Shown: positions 1 to 9,694 of the stretch, piece by piece
How the letters are laid out: each line of letters starts with the position of its first letter
Numbering within the stretch: the first letter of the stretch is position 1
Assembly: GCA_036733165.1 (NCBI GenBank)
Contig: DAINBB010000005.1
Location: forward strand, 5,547 to 69,546
DNA: 64,000 nucleotides
Direction of reading: 5' to 3'
Source: Halobacteria archaeon
GTDB taxonomy: Archaea; Methanobacteriota_B; Thermococci; Methanofastidiosales; NM3
The notes under the pieces: generated by a model
Seen by the model: the letters and a program-made list of their open reading frames with translations, nothing else
What the model was told of the DNA's origin: nothing
Database searches by the model: none
Translations under genes and position numbers: made by a program

Positions 1-11
1 GAGATGGACGG

Positions 12-1088
12 ATGAACAAGGACAGGCTGAACGACCCGCATGCCATAAAACTTCTCTCAAGGAGGGCCCATGAGCTCAGTTCATCGTTTGACGAGGTGAA
101 GCTGATGCACGTGTGCGGCACCCACGAGCACTCGATAGTCGAGTCTGGACTAAGGGCGCTCTTGCCAGAGAACGTGAGACTGGTATCGGGCCCGGGATGT
201 CCTGTCTGCATAACCCCCAAGGAGGACATAGAAAAGATGATCCACCTTGCGGACAAGGGGCTTACCGTCACCACCTTTGGGGACATGATGAACATCCCTT
301 CGGACTCCGGCTCTCTTTCGGACGCCAAGTCCAGGGGCGGAGATGTGAGGATCGTCTATGGTATCGCCAACTCCCTGGCCCTGGCGGCCAAGGGGAAGGA
401 GGTCGTGCACTTTGGCATAGGGTTCGAGACCACCGTTCCAACATCGTCAGTCGCCCTGATGTCCGGACAGGAGAACTTCTCGATACTATCCGTACACCGC
501 ACGATACCCGAAGCCATGGAGTTCCTCCTGGAATCCGACATCAAGGTGGACGGCTTCATAGACCCCGGCCATGTATCGTCCATCATAGGCGTGGGTGTCT
601 ACCGCCCCCTCTCTGAAAAGTACGGGGTGCCCCAGGTAGTTGCTGGTTTTGAGCCAGGGGACATCATGCTTTCCGTCGTGATGCTTCTGGAACAGCTACA
701 TGATGGAAGGGCCGTGGTGGAGAACGAGTATGCAAGGGCGGTGAGGGAGAACGGCAACACGAAGGCCATCTCAATGATGGAGGAGACCTTCGAGCACTAC
801 GACGCCAAGTGGCGCGCACTTCCGACAATACCGAACTCGGGCCTCAGGATACGAAAGGGGTATTCTGAGATGGACGCCCTCAAGAGACATGAGGACCTTC
901 TCGGGGACTTCGAGTACGTTCCAAGGAAAGAAGAGTCCGGATGCCGTTGCGCGGACATGCTCTTGGGGAACTGCTCGCCCGAGGACTGCCCGCTTTACCG
1001 GGGCATATGCTCCCCCGACAATCCCGTGGGGCCTTGCATGGTGTCGATCGAGGGCACATGCAACATAGCGTACAAGTACGGCCAATAA
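12..1088 (+). CDS. hypD: [NiFe]-hydrogenase maturation factor HypD
   Basis: 358 aa; CGTHEH and GPGCPVC motifs and a C-terminal Cys cluster typical of HypD; ATG at 12. Confidence 0.9.
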   Translation: MNKDRLNDPHAIKLLSRRAHELSSSFDEVKLMHVCGTHEHSIVESGLRALLPENVRLVSGPGCPVCITPKEDIEKMIHLADKGLTVTTFGDMMNIPSDSGSLSDAKSRGGDVRIVYGIANSLALAAKGKEVVHFGIGFETTVPTSSVALMSGQENFSILSVHRTIPEAMEFLLESDIKVDGFIDPGHVSSIIGVGVYRPLSEKYGVPQVVAGFEPGDIMLSVVMLLEQLHDGRAVVENEYARAVRENGNTKAISMMEETFEHYDAKWRALPTIPNSGLRIRKGYSEMDALKRHEDLLGDFEYVPRKEESGCRCADMLLGNCSPEDCPLYRGICSPDNPVGPCMVSIEGTCNIAYKYGQ

Positions 1089-1130
1089 TCTATTTATGTC
1101 TTGTTTCATTCACTTCAAGAGGTGTCAAAA

Positions 1131-1664
1131 ATGGAAGACTATGTCGAAGATGCGGCAATGACGATTGCCAAGCTGATGTGTGCGTCGGCGAGGACCGCGC
1201 CGAAGGCCAAGGCCACCGACGATATCACGATATCGATAGTGCCGAAGGAAAAGATAGGGAGCCTGGCAGACAAGATGCAGGAGATCTCCTGCGAGAAGGG
1301 ATGGGCGTTCTACCTCAGGGACTCGAAGAACGTGCTGGACTCTGACGCGATAGTGCTCATAGGCGCGAGGAACAGGCCGATGGGCCTCGAGTGCGGCGGT
1401 TGCGGCCACGACTGCAAGACGCTCCTGGAATTGAGGAAGGAGAACGCAGACTTCCCCGGTCCTGTATGCGTGTTCAAGTCGATGGACCTGGGCATAGCAC
1501 TGTCAAGCGCGGCCAAGACCGCCTCGATGCACAACGCGGACAACAGGATGATGTACACTGTCGGCGTCGCAGCTATGAGATTGGGTCTCATAGAGGGAGA
1601 CATCGCGATAGGCATACCCATCTCCATCAAAGGCAAGAACATCTACTTTGACAGGAAGATGTGA
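1131..1664 (+). CDS. DUF2148-like small ferredoxin-domain protein (Cys-rich CGGCG motif)
   Basis: 177 aa from ATG 1131 preceded by GAGGTG; length and Cys pattern recall DUF2148; family assignment from memory only. Confidence 0.45.
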   Translation: MEDYVEDAAMTIAKLMCASARTAPKAKATDDITISIVPKEKIGSLADKMQEISCEKGWAFYLRDSKNVLDSDAIVLIGARNRPMGLECGGCGHDCKTLLELRKENADFPGPVCVFKSMDLGIALSSAAKTASMHNADNRMMYTVGVAAMRLGLIEGDIAIGIPISIKGKNIYFDRKM

Positions 1665-1938
1665 CCTGGGATCCATCAATACTCAAGGTACTCTTGGAAT
1701 TCCCCATCCATCTTGTTCTTCATGAATCTCTTCCTTTTCATGTCAGCCTTTTGAAAGTCCTTGTATGTCTTTCCCATAATAGTTTCACCTTTAACTGATT
1801 ATCTTCAATTAAATCACTAACAAGCGTTTACAAAAAAGCGAATTCTTCCATACTCTCTCAAATATGTTATGAATGCTATTTCATTATGAGTTTAAATATA
1901 TTTTCTTTCAAAAAACGTAAAAATGTCATAATAATAGT

Positions 1939-3027
1939 TTAGATAACATCTTTCTCTATGAATTTGGAAAGCATGAGCTTTGCAACCGCCAAATAGCGCG
2001 GTTTGAACATCACACGGTCACCAGTATCAAGGTCGCTCCTGTCGTCATCGATACTGAATACGCACATATCGGAGCTTATCCCAACGAAGTCCATGTAGGA
2101 ATTCTTAGGCTTGAGGTCCCCATGGTCCACGTCTAGGAGGCCAAAGTCCAAGATGGCCTTCTTTGCCGTTCCGGAATCATCGCCGTTGCCCTCTGTGGTG
2201 TGCCCGATGCTCGCCTCGCCGATCACGCCGTCCGGAATGATGTCCTTCTCCTTCAACTCAATTATCTGGCTACAGAACTCGAAGGCGCTCTCTGAGAGTC
2301 CCATAAATCTCCTATTGTCCAGGGGCGACGTCCCGAAGAAGGCGGCCTCCCCTATTCTGAAGTGATTGATGTCCTTTGGCACCTTATTGTCCTCGATGAG
2401 CGGAAGCGTTATCGAACTGCCGCCCGAGACCAGTCCGAGCCTCTCGCCATACTTGTGTTCAAGCAACTGCTTGTAGAGGCAGAGCTGGATAAGTTTGTCC
2501 CTTGTGGGCTCCACTCCGTACATGCAACCGAGATTCGTCCCTATGCCCGCGACCTTGATGTTTTGCAGATGGAAGACCTTTTCGTAGAATTTTTCTACCT
2601 CCGCCCTGAGGATGCCTTCCCTCAGCTCCCCGAGCTCGATCATGATAATTACATTGTGGATCTTTCCCTGCTCCCTAGCCTCCCGATTCAGGGCCTCTAT
2701 GGTGATCATCGAGGTGTTCAGGGAATAGTCCGCGTATCTCACCACATGACCTACATACCTCCTCTCGGGGGGCTTGATGTACATTGTCCTGATATCGGGA
2801 TCTATCGTTTTGATGGTCCTGAGGCTGCCTATCCTTGATTCGCCCACTGAGTGGAGCCCGTCCTTCTCCTCGCAGCAGAGGACCTTCTCGAGGGTCCTTT
2901 TGTGTCCGCACAGGACCTTGGAGACAAGCGTCCATTGGATGTCCCTCTCGGCGAGGTATCTGTTGAGCCGACTGATGTTGGACCTGATCTCATCGGTGTC
3001 TATACGGAGCGTGGCCATGCCATTCAT
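1939..3027 (-). CDS. PLP-dependent amino-acid racemase of the alanine/ornithine racemase fold
   Basis: 362 aa; N-terminal TIM-barrel region with conserved Lys context (LVSKVLCGH), C-terminal beta domain; 4-bp overlap with downstream GNAT gene. Confidence 0.6.
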   Translation of the reverse strand: MNGMATLRIDTDEIRSNISRLNRYLAERDIQWTLVSKVLCGHKRTLEKVLCCEEKDGLHSVGESRIGSLRTIKTIDPDIRTMYIKPPERRYVGHVVRYADYSLNTSMITIEALNREAREQGKIHNVIIMIELGELREGILRAEVEKFYEKVFHLQNIKVAGIGTNLGCMYGVEPTRDKLIQLCLYKQLLEHKYGERLGLVSGGSSITLPLIEDNKVPKDINHFRIGEAAFFGTSPLDNRRFMGLSESAFEFCSQIIELKEKDIIPDGVIGEASIGHTTEGNGDDSGTAKKAILDFGLLDVDHGDLKPKNSYMDFVGISSDMCVFSIDDDRSDLDTGDRVMFKPRYLAVAKLMLSKFIEKDVI

Positions 3028-3458
3028 TCCTTGACGTATCTCATCTCTAGGTATTTGGACTTGAAACCCAGTCTCTCATAGAGTCTCTTGGCTGGGTTGT
3101 CATGCTCCACATGGAGGCAGATGTCGCCCTCGGCATCGTCCATGGCCTTCTTCATCAGACCCTTCCCGATGCCCTTGCCCCGCTGTCCTTCCCTGACCGC
3201 GACGTAGACTATTATGTTCTCCGGAATGTATCCTGACATTCCTGTCCTGTTCGTGAGGAGGGCGCCAAGGACCTTCCCGTCCTCTGTCGCGAGATATGCG
3301 TCCCCGCCCCCGTTCTCGTCGAGGGAGTGGTCCAGGGCCTTGGCTATGTCATCCCTCTTGTCCGTGTACCTGCCCAGATGCTTGTGCAAAAAGTCCACAT
3401 ACATATCGTAGAATTCCTTATCAGAGAATCTTTCCTTCCCTATCCTTTCAATATCCAT
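3024..3458 (-). CDS. GNAT family N-acetyltransferase
   Basis: Q/RxxGxG/A acetyl-CoA motif (REGQRGKGIGKGLMKK); first ATG at 3458, TTG alternative at 3470. Confidence 0.75.
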   Translation of the reverse strand: MDIERIGKERFSDKEFYDMYVDFLHKHLGRYTDKRDDIAKALDHSLDENGGGDAYLATEDGKVLGALLTNRTGMSGYIPENIIVYVAVREGQRGKGIGKGLMKKAMDDAEGDICLHVEHDNPAKRLYERLGFKSKYLEMRYVKE

Positions 3459-3937
3459 CTTATCATCCAATCTTGGTGGAACGGTTTATCAAAACACCTG
3501 TCCGTGCATTCCGTCTAGGCCGAATATCATACAGGCCACTTCATCGGCGCACGTATTCAAAAGCATAAGATTCTTTCTTTTCTGAATCAGAAGATTATAT
3601 ATCGTATCTCCACCATTATAAAAATAGAACAATATAGTTTATTATTCCAAATTAAGCTATAATAGACCTCTTTATAAATTTTATGGCATTATTTTCTATT
3701 ATTTTTATCCTCTATTTTCTTTAATCATTTGTTTATTCCATCCCATTTTGGAAACGGAAGAATTATGGGCGAGATATGGTATCCAATAGGTGCCAGAGAC
3801 GACCATACCGACTTTCAATGTGTCAACGCGTTCCTTTTATCATGAGCTGTGTATGGAAGGCTACGTATCGATAATCAGCGGGCAATGCTCGATGAAACAT
3901 CAAAAAATGGATGAAAAAATGAGATAAGGTGAAAATA

Positions 3938-4513
3938 TCACCAATTCTCTGCGAGAAGCTCGAAATATTTTTGTTCATGGGCGCATGCGGGACAGATCTC
4001 CGGAGCCTCGGTGCCGACGTGAAGGTATCCGCAGTTGCTGCATCTCCAGACGACCACCGTGTCCTTCTTGAACATCTTCCCCTTCTTGAGATTGTCGAGG
4101 AGCTTGAGATACCTTTTCTCATGCTGTTTCTCGGCGACCGCTATTGCCCTCATGGCGTCCGCTATCTCCTTGAATCCTTCCTTTTCGGCAATGTCCGCGA
4201 ACTCCGGGTACATCACGGTGTGCTCGTGATTCTCGCCGTTCGCCGCTTCCTGAAGGTTCTCTGCCGTCGTTCCTATGACGCCGGCTGGGAAGGATCCAGT
4301 TATCTCGACCTCGCCCCCTTCAAGGAACTTGAAAAGTCTTTTCGCATGTTCCCTCTCGTTGTCGGCGGTCTCCAGGAATATGTTGCTTATCTGGATGTAT
4401 CCCTCCTTCTTCGCCTTGGATGCGAAGTACGTGTACCTGTTCCTTGCCTGCGACTCGCCAGCAAATGCCGTAAGTATGTTCTTTTCCGTTTGTGTTCCCT
4501 TTAGGCTCTTCAT
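3938..4513 (-). CDS. rbr: rubrerythrin
   Basis: 191 aa; ferritin-like diiron domain with ExxH pairs plus C-terminal rubredoxin-like CxxC...CxxC. Confidence 0.9.
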   Translation of the reverse strand: MKSLKGTQTEKNILTAFAGESQARNRYTYFASKAKKEGYIQISNIFLETADNEREHAKRLFKFLEGGEVEITGSFPAGVIGTTAENLQEAANGENHEHTVMYPEFADIAEKEGFKEIADAMRAIAVAEKQHEKRYLKLLDNLKKGKMFKKDTVVVWRCSNCGYLHVGTEAPEICPACAHEQKYFELLAENW

Positions 4514-4517
4514 ATTA

Positions 4518-4898
4518 TCACATCTTCTTTGTCCATAGGCCGTGCACGTTGCAGTGCTCCCTGACCTCGATTATATCGTCGGTTATCTTGAACGTTGCCT
4601 CTGCCGGGGCGTTCGGCTTGAGGAATCTTGTGCACTTGCCATCCTTCGTTATTACCTCTATCCACTCTATGTGGTGGGCATCCTCCATGGGATGTGGCAC
4701 TTCCCCCACCTTCACCTTGACGTTTTCGCCCTCAGACTCTACCACAGGGACATGCTTCTCCAGTCCCATGTCGGCCGTCTTCGCCTCTAGAAGCACCATG
4801 GGCTGCCCGCAGCAGACGAGCTGGCCGGCGCCCCCGTCGTAGACCTCTACGATGTTACCACAAACCTCACATTTGTAGAATTGCAATCTCTTTGCCAT
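4518..4898 (-). CDS. dfx: desulfoferrodoxin (2Fe superoxide reductase)
   Basis: 126 aa; N-terminal desulforedoxin CxxC..CC motif (CEVCGN...VCCG) and SOR centre II His/Cys. Confidence 0.9.
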   Translation of the reverse strand: MAKRLQFYKCEVCGNIVEVYDGGAGQLVCCGQPMVLLEAKTADMGLEKHVPVVESEGENVKVKVGEVPHPMEDAHHIEWIEVITKDGKCTRFLKPNAPAEATFKITDDIIEVREHCNVHGLWTKKM

Positions 4899-4956
4899 AG
4901 ATATACCTCCTAAGGAGTACTATCTTAGGAGATATTAATATGTTTGCCAAAGTTAA

Positions 4957-5622
4957 TCATTTGAAAATCTCACCTTTCTCCATGTACCAGAATAAGAGGT
5001 CTAAGTGGTCCATGGGGATGCCGACCTTGTCCGAGAATTCCTTCATCTTGGACTCGATCTCGCAATACTTCCTTGGCCCCATGCTTTTGGGAATGTCCTC
5101 CAGGGCTCCGCCGGAAACGAGATTCCTGAGGATGTGGCGGTCCAGTATGGCCATGTCGCTGCCCCATCCGATGTTCCTCAAAAAGTGGCTGGCCTCCTTG
5201 TAGCCAATGCCCTTGATGTTGTCCACGAGCCATGTCCTGGCCTGGCAGGGGTCTGTGAATCCCTCCAATACTGTCTTTATGTCCGGCCCCTCGGTGAACA
5301 TGGTCCTGGCATCCACGAAGTACCGCGACTTGTTGTTCTTGAATCTCGCCCCCTTTCCCAGCACATGCGCGAGCTCGTCCCTTCCGATGGTCATGATGTT
5401 CCCCTGTCCCTTTAGGTCAGAGATTATGCTCCAGCACCTATGCGCGTTCGACTGCGGGGTGAGTATGCAGAACAGCAGTTCCACGAGGACGTCTTCGGAG
5501 CCGCCGTACCTCCAGATGCGGCCGAACTCCTCCAGCCTCTCCTCTATCTGGGTGTCTATAAGTTGGTGGACCCTCTTCAACTCATTTAAATAGTCTTTCT
5601 TGACGCTTTTCCTAAACTCCAT
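4957..5622 (-). CDS. ogg: archaeal-type 8-oxoguanine DNA glycosylase / N-glycosylase-DNA lyase (HhH-GPD, Ogg2-like)
   Basis: 221 aa; HhH-GPD motif (GIGYKEASHFLRNIG...D) with catalytic Lys/Asp context. Confidence 0.7.
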   Translation of the reverse strand: MEFRKSVKKDYLNELKRVHQLIDTQIEERLEEFGRIWRYGGSEDVLVELLFCILTPQSNAHRCWSIISDLKGQGNIMTIGRDELAHVLGKGARFKNNKSRYFVDARTMFTEGPDIKTVLEGFTDPCQARTWLVDNIKGIGYKEASHFLRNIGWGSDMAILDRHILRNLVSGGALEDIPKSMGPRKYCEIESKMKEFSDKVGIPMDHLDLLFWYMEKGEIFK

Positions 5623-5720
5623 GAACTTCGACCTTTTTTTGAAATTATAAGCATATTTATGCGTTTTCCAGTGGAAATAAAGGGGTATATTTGGTATTGC
5701 TCATATATACTTAGGTATTA

Positions 5721-6779
5721 TTATACATTATTGTGATTATGGGAGATGTCAAACAAGGCATCCATGTTCATATACAAGTGCATGAACGCCAGGAATATCA
5801 GCATGGGGAGGAAGAGAACGCTGCCGGGGGTCACTACGGACGTCTCTTTATAAGAACCATATGACTGTACCAGCGCCTCTACGGCGAAGAGCACCATGAT
5901 CGCGTCATATCTTCCGAAAACGATGCACAGCGGAATTACCATGACATCGAGGATCGAGATCATGTATCCCTTTAAAAAGGTCCGCATCGGAATCCCCATA
6001 GCCCTCATCTCTTCGAGCGTGCCCCGCGCCCACCTGGACCGCTGCCTGAGATAGTCCCCGAACCCAGACGGCATCGATGTGCGGGCCCTGGCAAGCGGCT
6101 CGTAGCATATCCTCGCCCCGCCTCGCCTGATCCTTGCGGTATGCTCGAAGTCTTCGACACACGACTCCCTGAAGGGATTTTTCATGAGCAAGTCCCTTCT
6201 GAAGGCGGCCAATGGCCCGGATACAGTCTCCACGGCGCCTTCGGACCTCCTGAACATCGATATCCTCAGGTGTTCCTGCGCCTGGACCCTGCCGATGACG
6301 GATCCGTTCCCCTTGACGAATAGGTTCCCGGCCACTGCATCGCATTCGTCCAGCCTGCGGGAGAGGATGGCTATAGCGTCACTGTCGACCTCTGTGTCCG
6401 CATCCACCATCACGACGTGCTCGTGCCTCGCCAGCGCCGCGCCCCTGTTGAGGGCGGACCATTTGCCAACATGCCCCTCATGGACTATGACGATCCTCCT
6501 GTCATCGACTTCCCTGCACTGCCCCAATGTGTCGTCGGTCGAGCCGTCGTCCACCACGATGATCTCGCTCCCCTCCGGCAGGATTCCGGAGATTATAGAC
6601 TCGAGCGTCCCCCGTATGGTCCTTTGTGCGTTGTAGGCCGCTACGATGACGCTTACCGGCTCACCGGACGTGCGGGCCTGACCGCCATGCGATCCGGAAA
6701 TGTATCTTGCCAGCAGGGAGATGTCAAGCAGGGAGATGGCAATGGCGGGAACAAGAGCTACCAGGCCCCATTCTGTCAA
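5721..6779 (-). CDS. family 2 glycosyltransferase with membrane regions
   Basis: 352 aa; N-terminal TM helix, GT-A motifs (VSVIVAAYN...VVDDGSTDDT, DAD); apparent TTG start whose TTGA overlaps the glyA stop. Confidence 0.7.
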   Translation of the reverse strand: MTEWGLVALVPAIAISLLDISLLARYISGSHGGQARTSGEPVSVIVAAYNAQRTIRGTLESIISGILPEGSEIIVVDDGSTDDTLGQCREVDDRRIVIVHEGHVGKWSALNRGAALARHEHVVMVDADTEVDSDAIAILSRRLDECDAVAGNLFVKGNGSVIGRVQAQEHLRISMFRRSEGAVETVSGPLAAFRRDLLMKNPFRESCVEDFEHTARIRRGGARICYEPLARARTSMPSGFGDYLRQRSRWARGTLEEMRAMGIPMRTFLKGYMISILDVMVIPLCIVFGRYDAIMVLFAVEALVQSYGSYKETSVVTPGSVLFLPMLIFLAFMHLYMNMDALFDISHNHNNV

Positions 6780-8041
6780 TCTATCTCATCCCATTCGTAT
6801 CCGAAGAGCACCTTCTGGTAGTCATTCCTGAAGGACGACACCTCGTCGCCGACGCGCTTGGGGTCCTTCTTGTCCTTCACCACCATCTTGAAGAATCTTG
6901 CCACATCCTGCATCTCGCTCTCCCTCATCCCGACCCTTGTCAGCTCGGAGACGCCTATCCTGATTCCGGATGGGTTCTCAGAGTCCTCTATCGGGTCCCA
7001 TGGGAGGAGATTCTTGTTGATGATGATGTTGGCGCCCTCGAGGGACTCGGCCACCCACTTCCCGCCGCCGTCCTTTGAGACATCCGCCACGACCTGGTGG
7101 CTCTGGGTGTATCCCTTGTGCTCGCAAAGGACGTTGAAGCCCTCCGCCGCCATCGCCCCCGCAAGGGCCTGGGCGTTTTTCACCACCTGTCTCGCATAGT
7201 CCTTGCCGAACTCCAGCATCTCTGCCGCGGCTATGCCCTTGGCAGCCACATGGTGAAGATGGTGATTCGAGAGCACTCCTGGAAATATGCCCCATTGCAG
7301 CTTGGCAAGGCGCTCGTTCTCGAGGCCCCTTGTCACTATGAGCCCGCCCTGGGGTCCGAAGAATGTCTTGTGCGTGCTTCCGGAGAGCACCTTGGCACCC
7401 TCGCCGAGCGGGTCCTGGAACTGCTTGCCCGCTATCAGGCCCAGAACATGCGCGCCGTCGTAGGCGATCGTTGCCCCGACCTCGTTGGCGGCGTCAACTG
7501 CATCCTTCACGGGATGCGGGAAAAGGTAGAGCGAAGCGCCAAAGAGCACGATCTTCGGCCTTTTCTCCCTGATGTCCCTTACCATCTGGTCAACATCGAT
7601 GCACATGTCCTCGTTTATGAATGGGAAGGTCGCTACACGAAGGCATCTCATTCCCGCCGAGCCGAACGTCGTATGGCTGATATGTCCTCCCTGGCTCGTG
7701 TGCAGCGCCATCAGAAGGTCGTTGTCCTCGGCCAGGCCGAAGAACATGGCCATGTTGGCGTTCGTGCCGGATATGGGCCTCAGGTCCACGTACTCGGCGT
7801 CGAAGAGCTTGTAGAACAAGGAGTTCGACGCGAGCTCCACCTCGTCGAAGTACTTGCACCCTTGGTAGAATCTCGCCTTCGGCCACCCCTCTGCGTACTT
7901 GTGCGAGAGCCCGGATGCAACGGCCCTCTCGACCGCCTTGGAAGTGATGTTCTCGGAGGCTATCATGTTCAGTGACCTTGACCTCCATTCCTCGTGAGAC
8001 AATATATTTTTCCTAATATTCGAGAGTTCATCGATTACCAT
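6776..8041 (-). CDS. glyA: serine hydroxymethyltransferase
   Basis: 421 aa; strong SHMT similarity throughout (PLP-Lys region GSTHKTFFGPQGG). Confidence 0.9.
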   Translation of the reverse strand: MVIDELSNIRKNILSHEEWRSRSLNMIASENITSKAVERAVASGLSHKYAEGWPKARFYQGCKYFDEVELASNSLFYKLFDAEYVDLRPISGTNANMAMFFGLAEDNDLLMALHTSQGGHISHTTFGSAGMRCLRVATFPFINEDMCIDVDQMVRDIREKRPKIVLFGASLYLFPHPVKDAVDAANEVGATIAYDGAHVLGLIAGKQFQDPLGEGAKVLSGSTHKTFFGPQGGLIVTRGLENERLAKLQWGIFPGVLSNHHLHHVAAKGIAAAEMLEFGKDYARQVVKNAQALAGAMAAEGFNVLCEHKGYTQSHQVVADVSKDGGGKWVAESLEGANIIINKNLLPWDPIEDSENPSGIRIGVSELTRVGMRESEMQDVARFFKMVVKDKKDPKRVGDEVSSFRNDYQKVLFGYEWDEID

Positions 8042-8103
8042 TATACCACTACATAATGATATGTGGATGGATATTTTAATCTATGTGAGGGAACGAAAGG
8101 CCG

Positions 8104-8751
8104 TCATTTGAAAATCACTGTCTTGAGGAAGTTGAAGATATCCTTTATGGAAAAGTTGAACTCTGAGCCGTCCTGGTATACTATGCTTATGGGCACCTCC
8201 CCTATCCTGAGCTTCATCTTCGCCGCCTTCACCAGCATCTCCGTCTCTATCTCGAATCTCTTCGCTTTGAGGTGCATCTCAATGAGTCTCTCCTTCCTGA
8301 TGGCCCTGAAACCGCTCTGCGTGTCCCTTATCCTTATTCCCAGGGAAAGCCTTACCAGGGACGTCGATATCTTGTTTGACACCTTCCTTAGAAGCGGCAT
8401 ACCCTTTGTATCGTAGAGCCTTCTGGAACCGATCACCATGTCGTATCCACCATCGGAGATCATGGACACCAACCGGGGTATGTCCTCCGGAATGTGCTGG
8501 AGGTCCCCGTCTATGAACACTATGATGTCCCCCGTGGCGTTCTCAGTGCCCGTGATCATCGCCTGCCCCTTGCCCATGTTCCTCTCATGGGCTATGACCC
8601 TGGCCCTTGTGGTCTCTGCGATCTCTCTGGTCCTGTCCTTGGACCCGTCGTCGACGACTATCACCTCATACTCCTTTGGACATCTGTTGACGACCTCTGA
8701 GACGCTTCTTTCGATGTTGTAGGACGGTATGATCACTGAAACCTTTTCCAT
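8104..8751 (-). CDS. family 2 glycosyltransferase (Dpm1-like dolichyl-phosphate sugar synthase)
   Basis: 216 aa from internal ATG 8751 (MEKVSVIIPSYN...); the upstream part of the track ORF reads through intergenic sequence. Confidence 0.75.
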   Translation of the reverse strand: MEKVSVIIPSYNIERSVSEVVNRCPKEYEVIVVDDGSKDRTREIAETTRARVIAHERNMGKGQAMITGTENATGDIIVFIDGDLQHIPEDIPRLVSMISDGGYDMVIGSRRLYDTKGMPLLRKVSNKISTSLVRLSLGIRIRDTQSGFRAIRKERLIEMHLKAKRFEIETEMLVKAAKMKLRIGEVPISIVYQDGSEFNFSIKDIFNFLKTVIFK

Positions 8752-8902
8752 AGATTCAATCTCTACATCCTTTTTAAAATCCTTTTTGATGATTCCTTGC
8801 CGATTTGGACCCCAATCCGTATTGTGGATAAAAAAAGTAAAATGACATGATAGCAATATATTTAAACTAAATTCAAAAAATGGATTTAACAATGTGATAG
8901 AG

Positions 8903-9388
8903 ATGATTTGTGAGATATGTGGCAGGGAGTTCGGCGGCAACGGTTTTAAGATAATTGTGGAAGGTGCAGAGCTCAAGGTCTGTCCCAACTGCAAAAAGTT
9001 CGGCACTGCTCCGAATGTCAAGCGGAAGGTGCCCCAGGGGGGTGCCCCTCCAGGATTCGGCCCAGCATCAAAACCGAAGACCAGCGGCCCTAGGCGGCCC
9101 AAAGACAGAAGCTTGGAGCTTGTGGAGGACTACAACGTCCTGGTAAAGAACAGGAGAGAGGAGATGGGACTTTCACAGTCAGACCTGGGAAAGCTCGTCA
9201 ATGAGAAGGAGTCCCTCATCCACCGGATAGAGACCAAGAACATAAGGCCCTCGACCAAGGTGGCAAAGAAACTGGAGAAGGCATTGGACCTGAAGTTGCT
9301 GGAATCCATTGAAGATGTCGATGTCGAGTCAAAACGTTCCCTGAATCAAGGATTGACCATAGGCGACATCATAAAGTTCAAGAAGTAG
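8903..9388 (+). CDS. archaeal multiprotein-bridging factor 1 (aMBF1): zinc ribbon + HTH_XRE
   Basis: N-terminal CxxC...CxxC zinc ribbon, C-terminal XRE-type HTH (LSQSDLGKLVNEKESLIHRIE); ATG 8903 (GTG 8894 possible). Confidence 0.7.
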   Translation: MICEICGREFGGNGFKIIVEGAELKVCPNCKKFGTAPNVKRKVPQGGAPPGFGPASKPKTSGPRRPKDRSLELVEDYNVLVKNRREEMGLSQSDLGKLVNEKESLIHRIETKNIRPSTKVAKKLEKALDLKLLESIEDVDVESKRSLNQGLTIGDIIKFKK

Positions 9389-9694
9389 AGGGCCGTTCCA
9401 ACGGTTCTTTCATTTTTGATCGACCCTACCTTATCATCTTCCCACCCCATTTGGCATCATCGTCCCCAACAGGCATTCTGGTGTTTCTTACATGAAAATA
9501 AGGCGAATATGCATTTCGTTCGGTTGCGGCACTAATTATAAAAAAGATTAGCTGCATTTAGTTCTGAACAGAAATAAGAGGGGGGTTTGGACGGATTCTA
9601 AAATATATGGTAGTCATACCTTATGGCGCGAAATATCAATCTATTTTTCAAACCGTTTCCCTAACGCGGCCCCCCTTCATTTATTATCTGGGAG

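Noticed and set aside
113-616. 167-aa plus-strand ORF and several minus-strand ORFs (150-410, 356-586, 771-1109) overlapping hypD
   Set aside because: They lie in alternative frames of a well-supported hypD gene. Arg/Pro/Gly-rich translations are typical of off-frame GC-rich sequence.
1690-1790. 33-aa minus-strand ORF (MGKTYKDFQKADMKRKRFMKNKMDGEFQEYLEY) in the hypD/racemase intergenic region, and a 26-aa ORF at 3765-3845
   Set aside because: They are too short to support without conservation or expression data, and they lie in AT-rich promoter-like sequence.
8751-9102. N-terminal 117-aa extension of the GT2 ORF (8104-9102 in the track)
   Set aside because: The extension is Pro/Gly/Phe-rich and crosses the divergent promoter region shared with the MBF1 gene. 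The conserved GT-A start MEKVSVIIPSYN at 8751 is the credible start.
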